NCBI GenBank assembly: GCA_025201805.1
Contig: MU619261.1
Coordinates: 8,437 to 61,617 of the forward strand
DNA length: 53,181 bases
From: Parasitella parasitica NRRL 2501
Taxonomy: Eukaryota; Fungi; Mucoromycota
Direction: 5' to 3'
Positions within the stretch are counted from its first letter, which is position 1. Every line of letters starts with the position of its first letter. Shown one piece after another: positions 11,943-22,666 of this stretch. The position numbers and the translations under genes are program-made. The notes under the pieces were generated by a model. That model worked only from the letters and a program-made list of their open reading frames with translations. It did no database searches and was not told the origin of the DNA.

Positions 11943-14625
11943 ATGAAACGCAAACACGAAGACGAACAATCTGATGATCCAGAAAAAAAGATTTTAAAGA
12001 ATAAGTATCAAACGCGTACCTTACAAAAGTGTGTGTTTCTTACATTGTTTAGGTGCAGACCTGGTTAACCAAGAAATATCTACTTTAACATCATTTACTC
12101 CTTCTCATCATATCGCTTCTACTCATACTGATTCTACTGAGATTGCTTCTATTCATATTGCTTCTACTGATCTTAATCCTACTCATATTGTTTCATCTCA
12201 TACCGGCACCAATTCACCTAGTGATATGTCATCTTCTTCCAGTACCACTCCTATCATATCATAGAAAATTCAAAAGAAAATTGATAAGAGTCGTGCCTTA
12301 CAAGAGTTCAGGCTGCAACAAAAATCGGACAAACCAAAGCTGTGCCCCTCCTGCAAACAAGATACCCACGCACGGTCCACGAGCAATTTATGCCCCAATA
12401 AAAAGAAGAAAGAGACCAAGTTTGAGGCGGATGAGTTTCACTTAAAAACACTTGCAAGAATCAACTATTCGCAAAAAATCTGGCTCAAGTAGTAAAATAT
12501 ACTAATATGATTATTCATGTTGGTTCTCTTTTTGTAAACTTTGTGTTCCTGAAACTGCTTGGTAATGGCCAAGCGATACCTGTAATAGAGCAAAATATAT
12601 TCGCTTCCATGTTCGCCCTCATCACTGGTAATGGTAAAAAAGTGCCAAAATACTTGAAAGAATATTTTAATGACTTTTGCGATTTGACATCATTGGATCG
12701 TGAAAAAATTAAAGGGATTGAGTATTCCAGCCTCCTCAATATTGCGGCTAAACAATATGAAACCTTAACCAGAAATTACATACATGATACGCATGAAAGA
12801 AGATCAATAATGTACTTTTTGAAAACGATGTCAGATAAAAACTCAAACACTTACCGCAAAAATCTTCCGGTTGCCTCAAGGAAGGCTTTAGCCTATTACA
12901 TTTATCATAAAAAGCAAGGTTCGAGCCCAACATGGCCGTCGAATGTTCAAAATAGCCCAGAAAACATTGAGACTACAGAGAAATTACTTACCTTATGGTC
13001 AACGTATCAACCAGATACTTGGGACACGAAACCACTCTATTGCGATTCAGATACGCTCTACTCAAAACCTCATCTATTCTTCAAATGGGTTTATTTTCTT
13101 TCGGAAGAAGTCCACAAGAAAGTTGATATTATGGAAATTCAATTCATTCAAACTTTGAGCAGAAAGCGATTCCAATCTTTACAAGAACAAGTTCTGCAGT
13201 CGATTAACTCAAATGAGACGTTTGTATCAGGGAGAAAATTGTCCTTACTCACTGTACAGCAGATTTCAATTATCCAGCACTTTATAGATACCGTCAAAGC
13301 ACGGATTGAAGATGGAACATTTTTCCCGGCCAAATATACTGATCCTAGAGGTTATCGCTTTTTCACAATCGCTCATGTTTATACTATACAGAGCAAAGCA
13401 ATACAAATAGACGCCCAAGCACTGTGGAGGTTGGTTAAACAATCCGACGTACCATGGTATCGGTCAGGCAAAAAGACAGAAACCGAGCTAACAGAAGCCT
13501 ATCATAATCTTTTCCGTTTTTCTAAGCTTGGATTTCGAACAAGAGAAAGTCTGTCGACGGGCAAAAAACGTTTCAAGTAAGTTTCTTTGATTTTGTTGAG
13601 AAATAGCACTGACCTTGTATTAGTAATGTGATTACCACAGATGGCTATTCAGTTTGTTTTCATTTTATTCGTGCTGTAAAGAAGAAAAACGAAGGCTATG
13701 TTGAAAAGCAACCCTCAGACTTTATTAATGATATTCAACTTGGCTGCCAGATTTTTGCTATCGATCCAGGAATTCGTGATATTACAACAGCTGTCGACCA
13801 ATTAGGAAGAGAAAGAACAACAAGCTTAAAAGAGTACTACCACCTTTGTGGCTTTAATGTTGCTAGCACACAAAGAGAGCAACATAAGAAACAGCACATG
13901 AACGAATATCAGAAAATTTCCACTTAAAGCTCATTCAAGACAACTAATTTAGAAGATTTTGTAAAAGCATGTAAAGAACGATTTGATCTATACGATGATA
14001 TCAAAAAATATTATGACAGCGATGATCGGTAAGCGCTCAACATTAAATTTATTTACCTTTTACTAATACGTACGACTCTAGTTCCTCCAAGCTTAAGTTC
14101 AAATGTTACATAAAAAAACAAAAATGCATAGAAGAAATCTGCCGACGACTTACATATGGAAGCGCTAAATACGGTGAAAAGTCAAGAATGACAGAAAAGA
14201 AACAAAAAACTAGTTATATTCCACCTACTCCGATTGATCATGATATCAAACCTCGTAAAACAATTCTCGCCCTAGGAAATGCGATGTTCAATGGGAGTCT
14301 TCGAGGGAATAAACCAGCACCAGTAAGACGTATCAAGGAATCATTGAGGAAGCGCTGTGGGGAGACGTTAGATATATGCTTGATAGACGAGTACCTAACA
14401 AGCCAAGTTTGCAACATCTGTAAAGAACGCAATTTGGAAAATGTTACAACGGCCAAGTCAGTGCGAAGAGTACATGCCGTATTGCAGTATCAGCAAAACA
14501 CTTGTAATACGGTATGGAATCGCGACATAATGGCTGCAAATAACATATTGGACATCTTTCTCTTCGCTGTATTCAATAACAACGAGCGTCCAGACATATT
14601 TAAGCGACACACCTCACCCGTATGA
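11943..14625 (+). pseudogene. Fanzor1 (eukaryotic TnpB-like RuvC RNA-guided endonuclease), intron-containing, disrupted
   Basis: Probable start MKRKHEDE (11943). CCHC knuckle CPSC-x4-H-x7-C (12343-12393). ITTDGYSVCF; RuvC-I AIDPG (D 13763); ILALGN; IDEYLTSQVC (E 14389); Zn finger CNIC..YQQNTC; RuvC-III WNRDIMAANNI (D 14524). Introns 13577-13623 and 14029-14081 restore frame. Lesions: TAG 12262-12264, frameshift ~12438, TAA 13925-13927. Confidence 0.9.
12109..12198 (+). repeat. Six imperfect 15-bp tandem repeats encoding a 5-aa HIAST-type repeat in the Fanzor N-terminus
   Basis: catatcgcttctact/catactgattctact/gagattgcttctatt/catattgcttctact/gatcttaatcctact/catattgtttcatct. Confidence 0.75.
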
Positions 14626-15003
14626 TTGATATAACTCTCTCATACTCCTTACAGATGTAAGTATATATACATTCTAAACTTCAGTCAATATCCTAACCAT
14701 TATTTTCTTTTCACCCAAGCTTTTCTGCTTTTCTAAGGTAAATTCATGATCATACTATAATACCATCAAAAACTAACTTAAATTGTCTAATTTCCATTTT
14801 TACTTTTTCCACAATAGGTAAGTTAATGGTCCAATAATTAACTCTGATTCGTCTAAAATAATTTCTTTTTTATCTGAAAATAATTATTTTGGTTTCCAAA
14901 ATAGGTAAGCTACTTGTCTAAATATTAGTTTCAATTCGTCCAGAAAAAAATTAACATCGTCTGAATTTAAAGTAGAAAAACCGTAAACTAGTGACTTCCA
15001 AAT
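14560..15003 (+). ncRNA. Predicted omegaRNA locus (scaffold at element right end, guide in flanking DNA); boundaries approximate
   Basis: Position inferred from established TnpB/Fanzor architecture; no covariance model was run. Confidence 0.45.
14796..14983 (-). repeat. Right terminal inverted repeat
   Basis: Reverse complement matches 11180-11367; ends ...gaatttaaagtagaaaaaccg followed by TA. Confidence 0.95.
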
Positions 15004-16099
15004 GATACGTTCACAAATGGAATATGGACTAGCAATCTGTGCCTTGAATCAAACAAATATAAAGCAGCTCGAGGCGGGTCAAAATGACTGTGTACGTAAA
15101 CTGTATGGGGGATCTCGAACATCTTCAACGAAAGTGATGTTGCGTATGGCCAATCAGCCCTCAATGAAAGATAGATCAATAATTTTGCAAGCTAAATACA
15201 TACGTCGAGCACTACAACTACCAGAGGATACACTGTTACAAAAGCTACTACCGCATATCCAAACATCTGCCAGTCATTCTCAATGGTACAAATTAATCTC
15301 CAATCCTCTCTGGCAAAAATGTGAACCAGTGTTGGACAGATTAGACCGACGTACCTTTAACACCCTGAAGCGAGAATTCCTCCAGGATAGTTATGCCACT
15401 CTCTGCAATGGTCCGAATAGCCAAATGATTTCCACTTGCCGTCCAACTTTGGTGGTTGATCCTATTCTATGGCTACCAATGACACGTATGGAGCGTAGTC
15501 AGGTACTTCGATGGCGTCTTGGCTGGCTTCCAGGAGGCAAACCACGCCCTTGCCCTTTCCACCCGACAACTAATCTCTCTCGTGCTCACGTTACTGACTG
15601 TCTGCAGATACATCGCCGACTTCAGTTGCCTGAATCTATCCAAGACTCTCTTTCTTTCCTGCTTAACTTACTGCCACTAAAAAAGCCCACAAATGCTCAA
15701 TACAGCGCTTCCTGGGCATTCCGTTGGCCTGCAATCTGCTTGATCCTATTCGAATTAGATCATATTTTCCACAATGAAGACGTTCCTCCGGCTCCTCCTC
15801 ATATCGGTACTAGTTTGGTAGAATGGTTGCATAGGTAAAAGCTGCTAGTGTTTCTGACCTGTTTCTGGATTTTTTCTTTTTATTTCTCCTCTTTTATACT
15901 CTTTCATTTCAACTTATATTTGTTTCAATTTATAAGTTCTTACCTCTTCCATACTTTTTTCGTTTTCCCTCTTGACTCTTCAGAGGGTTTTTTCTTTCCT
16001 TCCACTTGGCGAACTGGTCCGGGCAATGCAGTTATTCCAACTATTGTGCTCATTATGACCATTTTTATTTTCCTTTTTATTTAATAAAATTTCTCATTT
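14995..16099 (+). mobile_element. 5'-truncated non-LTR retrotransposon (LINE-like) insertion with 16-bp TSD
   Basis: AACCGTAAACTAGTGA at 14979-14994 and 16100-16115. ORF 15002..15838 begins in an RT thumb-like region (IRSQMEYGL..QLEAGQNDCVRKLYG) and has a C-terminal Cys/His motif (RWRLGWLPGG..CPFH..H..DC). T-rich 3' UTR with AATAAA. Confidence 0.85.
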
Positions 16100-17795
16100 A
16101 ACCGTAAACTAGTGAAGCCCAGCTTTTTGGTTACTGAAATAAATCTAATTTGCGAACCGAAGCATGATTCTACAAGCTACTTATGGTAATCTTTTCAAAG
16201 GGATATCCTTTAAGAATAAAGACTTTCTCTACATGTCAAATTTAGCCAATTATAAAGCGAAGTTCAAAGCAATAAAAAAGCACTTAAAAGCACTTTTGTG
16301 ATAATCCTGCTTCAGATTGGACATTTAAAAAATTTAAAAAAACTTACAATCTGTTAAAAATGACTCGAAAAACATTTCCCTGTTCAAGCAAATTTACTTC
16401 GGCTACCAACTCTGCTTTGAGTATACCTAGCTCTTCGACAGCTAACAATGTCATAGTATGTACAACATTGTTTATGATATCATGTTTAATGACTTGTATA
16501 TTTTATCTTTAGGTGAAAGGAAATTATTGCAACGTAAGGATTTGAATTTTAATTATTTGGACTATTCACTCACATAAGTTATAGGCTGGTAGAGATATAA
16601 CGATAAATGAGACGTCCAAGAGAGATATCAAGAAGCAAAAGGTAAACTAATAATAGTAATAATATACAAAGAATGGGTTATTGTATAACTTTGTCTGGGA
16701 AGACTTTGAAGAAAGTAGAGAGCATGTCACTTTATCATACAATTTTTTCTTGACCTTGAAGGTATATTCCTAATTCTAAACGATTGAGAAGAAAAACAAA
16801 AACAAGTCTAATTTAATAATTTAGCGCTATCTCGAAAAGACAATAGAGACTAATGCTGTTTTAAAAAAGCCAGCATGAGGAAAAAGGAGAGGTGTACAGC
16901 GAAAAAAATGGTCAAGGTGTTCTTCGCCAGAGTAATTAGCAAAAAGCTTGTAACAAAGTACATTAATTGCCATAGCGTCAATCAAGTCCATATACCTCCA
17001 AATTTCTATGCAAATGAACATTTCAAAAGCTCATCTGAAAGTGACAATTAACCAAAATTAGTTTGTTTCTAGTAAATAGAATATGTGAGGTAAAGCAGCC
17101 AGTGTTTTAATTAAAGACATGCAACTATGTAAACATCTTGAAGTTTATTAGGTCTGCAAGTCAATGGGACAAAAGATAGCTAGGTTTTTTTTTTTTTTTT
17201 TTTTGGTATTATATATATAGTAAATGACTCAAGAGAAGGGTAATGTTCTACTACAAATAACATGTAGGTCAACCTTGTTTAAAAGCTGGATTTTATTGGA
17301 CAACCACAACATGCTTATTTTGAGCTTTACCACTGTCAATGTGCATTATCTATTATCTCAGAAGCATCGCTTGTCTCTACAAGAATTTTGATATTTATCA
17401 TCTTACCCGAATGATTGCCACACATCCGTTAGTGATTGACAAACTAGCACTTGCAATTACATTCTTCATTACAAGGATTACTGATAATTTTTCTTTTTTT
17501 TTGCGGGAAAACATACAACCTGTTGAGCAGGTACTATATTCAGCAACCATCACTATTAACCTTGTCTTTCGTAGTGTGTAAATTACCACAATCGTAGCAT
17601 GTCATTGAGAAGCAATATTTGATTCAACAAATGGCTTTTTCTATGTACAGCACCTTCTGCTAAAAGCAATAGACGCTTAATCTGCAGGAATACAGATGAT
17701 GAAAACTGCACAGAGTAAAACACTATAACATAGATGATAGCGCTCAAAACACCATCCATCTGCTCCAACATTTCTTTATTCAAGTATATGCAAAC

Positions 17796-18599
17796 TCACA
17801 TAAGACCACACCCACCTTTCTCTTCTAGAGGTGGGTTGTTTGCCTTCTCGATAGAGCCAATCAATAAATCAAATATTTTGGCTACGATAATTATCAAGAA
17901 CGTTAGAAACCTTATTTCCTTGGTAAAAAAACACTACTTACAAACATTCTCGTCATGCTTTGCTGATGTCTCTACAAAAGGACACTTCCATTGCACTGCC
18001 AGATCGCTGCCTTCTTTTTCTGTAACTTGTCTTTGGATGTTCAAATCAGACTTGTTACCAACAACAACACAAGGCACAGTCTCTAATCCGGTGAAATCTA
18101 AAATCTTGTCCCGAATAATCTTGATCATATCAAAACTAGATTTCGACGAAATAGAGTAGACTAGTACATAGCCGTGCATACTAGATGCGTGGTGTGATGA
18201 TAATATAGAGTATTCGTCCTAAATGCATTCTGTATGAAAAGCCTGTGTCTCTTCCCGCGCGACTGGATTTCAAGAAGTCTTACCTGACCAGCTGTGTCCA
18301 TGATTTCCACTTTGTATTCTAAATTTTATCGTTGAATATTGTATAAAGCTGTGTAGCATCTAACCTGTTTACCTAATCCCCGGTACTTGATTGTCTTTGT
18401 AAACGTATTTTCAATAGTTGGATAATAACTGTCAACAAAATGGTTTTCACAAAATTGGATAACGAGCGAAGATTTTCCTATTCCATTGACTACAATTAAT
18501 ACACTTTTTTCATTTCTTGGCAAAAAAAAAATAAGCGTCTTTACCAACTGCTCTTGTCCCTAAAACTGCAATACGTCTTGCCTTGGCTTGGTTTGACAT
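17796..18599 (-). CDS. RHB1: Rheb small GTPase (multi-exon)
   Basis: MSNQAKARRIAVLGTRAVG|KSSLVIQFCENHFVDSYYPTIENTF; DTAGQ; VGNKSDL; ETSAK; C-terminal CaaX CGLM*. Confidence 0.93.
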
Positions 18600-21500
18600 T
18601 TTCTATTGTGGAATTCTCTTTTGAAAAGTTTAAAATGGAAGAAAGAAGGAAAGGGAAAAAAATGAAATTGTGGTTTACCGAACCCTTTTGATTGTCATGA
18701 CAAACCCCGACCACTTTCAAAATGTTCAACCAACATGCCTTGATTGCATATTTTTACGCAAACATGATCTTGCTGTCGTGATTCGGGTCTGTTGTTTATT
18801 TGGTGGCTGATAAATAATACCCGCCAAAAGGTGATCTGTAGAAGGTTTTCACTTCGTTTCTGATCAAGTGACATTTCGTTTTCTTCGATTTCATGCACAA
18901 AGTTCTTTTATTCTGCTTGACAATTAAATGCATTAGAGGTGTTATCCTGGTTTGACTATAGATCTGATTTACAGGACGGTTGCCACGACAACCGAGTTGA
19001 AATAATGGCAATAGTTATATTCTACGGATACAACAACCATCTTTAAAAGAGGTACCCCAGTTACTTTGTGTCAGAAACAAAAATACGAGAAAGACGAACA
19101 CCTAATATATCATCAACAGCCGATATTTCTTTCTTATCTCTCTTTATCCGCAGAAAAATGGCATCAACTTGGTATCGTACTGAAATCGCACAATCGTTAC
19201 CGCATTTATAATGTTCGTTATCAATAGGGATTCAGAAAATTGGCTAATAAATAACTTCATAGTTATAAACGGCATACCTGGGGTCTCTTTTGTAAAGGAT
19301 GGCTGCAGACAAAAATACATTCAGGATAAGAGCAAAAGAGCACCTCAAGAAAGCCGTTGTCCTCACGAAAACGAGTGGAGGTAGAAAAAACGGCAATGAA
19401 ACAAGAAGTGCTATCTCTGTTTAGGTAAATAAGAATAGTGCCTATGCTTCTATTGTTTGCATACACTGCTTTAAACCAAGATAAGCAGTACTTGAATCAC
19501 AATGCCCGCGTTCAGCATTTCATTACTTACGGTTTCTGCTGACTTGACAAATTTCCCTGCCTAATTCTTCTTTAATCAAATTTTACTATTTAGATAACGT
19601 TATCGATTACGAATTATACATCTTGTATATTTAAAACTGAGTAGTATGGTTATTCAATATTATTTCACGGCAAATGTATTGGCAATTGAGAAACACATTT
19701 GCGCCACTCCGCAAAAGAAATATTAAGAAAAGGGTGATATAGGAATCTTGTTGTTTAGGAGTTGTATCCGGCATAAATGCGCAACATGTTGGTGAAAAGT
19801 GTCCATTGTTAATTCTTTTGCATAGATCATGTTTCCCAGGAGTCGATGAAATACCCTTGTCGATCTGGAATGACTGTCGGAATGTATTGATACGAATGCA
19901 TGTAAAATATTGTGAGAATTTGGGCTGAATTTAGTGCCGTTAGCGATAGTATCCTGAGAAATACGCTAAATGTCATTTTTTCTTACTTCTTCTCAGGTGC
20001 TCCAGTCTCAAGACTTCTGTTTTTGTTTGCGCATTAGGCTTGTGATTGTACATGACTTTATGTGCACGAAGGCTTTGGAAAAAAAAAACAATATTCAAGT
20101 GTAATGACAATTCATAGTAAATCCACATATTATACGGTAATTTTCTATGTGATATATTATGTATTTCTATTATCTTCAATCTACATATGAGTAGTAGAAA
20201 AAAAAAAAAAACTGCATTCTTTCAATTCCTTTGCAATAAAGCATCAATAAATCAAAAGCCCAAGTTACATAACATATGCTCACGTGGTATTTCATGTCAT
20301 GACCATTTTGCTTGAAACAGTAAGCTTTTTGTCAAATTATTAAGGTGCTACCCTGGATTCTACATGATCTATTCAAGTTTATCATCTGGTGTAATGGCGG
20401 TTGCTCCAGAAAAGCCATACAAACCACAAACCTCATTACATAACTCCATTCATATTTTATTATATTTACCTTTCCTCATCTTGAAATTTATGAATTTCAT
20501 CAATTTTAATTGTCGTTTAATTCAAAGTGTCTTGATGGTTTTGTTGCAAAGAAGAGAAACCCTGCTATAGCTTTTAGAATTTATTCTTGGGTAACCTGTA
20601 CCAAATACCCATACGTGCTTGTACATACTAGACAATCTTGATCAGTGACCCAAGTATAGCCTACTTGTGAAATTTGGTACTTCTCTTAGCCCACACATAG
20701 TAAAAAGAAGTAAGTTCTTCCGTTATCTCAACGACAATTAATATATAAAGAATCACGAAATATGATGAGGTTCACTTATATTTTGTAGGTTTAGGATGCA
20801 TTCTATCCTTAGATCTTAAATTCACACCTAAAAATGATCTTTTCAACCAAAAATAGTGTCACATGGAAATAGCTTTTGTGGCTATATTTCCAGTATCTCG
20901 GTTACCGTATGAATTCATATTGAGACATACCCAGATTACCTATTAGGATCACGCTTTGCTTTCAATTGAAAATAAGGGGCACATTCATTTACAGCGAGAA
21001 AAGAGGCTGTGAATTCAATCTCAGCAATGTGTTTTCAGTTGGCCCAAACAAGATTCGAGTTCTTTTCGCATAGTTCATTACTAGATATCTCATAAACGCA
21101 ATAGGTATATCGGATATGCATACCAAGTGTTTTAAGACAAAGAATAAATTCTGCATCCAACCATATAGATTACAAGGCTATAAAAACACCTTTTATTATT
21201 ACCAATTCGTAAATATTCAAAAAACGCCCTTTTTGATAGTTTTTGAGTAAAATCAAGCATATGTCGAGCACATTCAGCTCTATAAAGTTGACCAAACAAA
21301 CCATCCTGTCAATAACTACACGAAAATATCTTGTTCACAACTGTAGCTCTATTATTTCTGCCAAAAATTAAAATTTTGTCTCGACCAAAATGAATCTACA
21401 ATTTTCCGGTCCTATACTTAGAGGGCCAAAATGAAGCCATTCAAAAGGGTAAAAATCAATTCCGTTTTTCAAGCTTTTCTCGCTCAGAAATTGGTATTTT

Positions 21501-22666
21501 TTGACCAAACAAAAACCTTTTGGTAGCTATGTTGAAGCTTTATTTTTGTATTGCTATATCATGTATCTTTATATGCCATTTATTGCTCTGAAAGTAACGA
21601 AAATAAATTAAGCCGCTGCTAAAAACATATGAAAAAATAATTTTTCGGCATATCTATCTAAAAAATAATACATCTAGTAGGGAATCAGGTTTCAAAAAGA
21701 TTTTAATAATCACTCAAGCCAAAGTGTCATAGTAGTTTGTTGAGAAACAGGCGGACAAAGTTTAATCTAAAAAGACAAAATTGGATCAAACTTGTCGAAT
21801 TCAAGCTACACTATGACATGCTTACTACCAGTAGATGTACCAAAGTTTGCTTCATTACTTTATTTAGTAACTTGAACTTGATTTGATTGCAAAATTTGGT
21901 ACTTGTTATAGGGACATATGCTGTAAAATTTGGAAAATCTGCAAAATTTGGTTTTGAGAATATCTTGGCAGCAAAGATACATATCGAGAATCGAAAGACG
22001 TGGTAAGGTACAGTTATCATACTAATACTTGGATGTATACTTGTCTTGGACCCCAAATTCGTACCTAAAAATGACCCAGAAGGTTGACCCAAAGTTGAAA
22101 CTGAAAATCATATAGGAGGTTTGGGGATCTGCAGAGATTGTAGGCAATCAATAAATTTAATCTCAGCCGAATTTCTAATGTTTCCACCTTCTGATCAGCA
22201 GAACATTTCAAGGAAGTTAACCTACTTCAGTTTTCAATTCCTTGTACATCAGGGGATGGGGGTTTGTGGTGCCGCTCATCGAAACATTTCTTTCGAATAA
22301 CTTTACTTTTCATGGTTATAGTAACGGAAAATCAAATCTTGCTCTTTAACTATCTATAGTGTTTATACTTTGAAATCAGATGAAAAGAAAGTTAGTTTTC
22401 AGGCGAAGTAAAAAAAAGTGTTCAGATGCTTTACCTGTATAAATCTAAATTCCTTTATCAGAAAAACCGACATTCTTTAGTTCTTAAGCTTTTATGGCCT
22501 TCTTGGTGACACCTAGAGAATTTAAATCTCCATTCGTCCACATTGTCTAATAAACTATCTATTATGTAAAGATGTTTCCGGGCCGGATAGAAATGAGTGA
22601 AGCCCACTGAAAACTACCAGAGTGTCAAGTAGAATAGAAAACCTTCTCTTTTTCATACATCTCAAT

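Larger units (their letters stand above)
11180..14983 (+). mobile_element. Non-autonomous Tc1/mariner-type TIR transposon carrying Fanzor1
   Basis: TA at 11178-11179 and 14984-14985 (TSD). Left end CAGTG. 188-bp TIRs 11180-11367 and 14796-14983 with 7 mismatches by manual alignment. Internal Fanzor gene; no DDE transposase ORF seen. Confidence 0.9.

Noticed and set aside
14620-14654. Possible extra intron GTATGA...TACAG spanning the Fanzor stop codon
   Set aside because: Only 35 nt, shorter than any confident intron in the window; not claimed without RNA data.
19000-22600. Long AT-rich intergenic region with recurring GACCAAA(A/C) motifs, possible MITE
   Set aside because: No convincing TIR pair, TSD or coding remnant found by eye.
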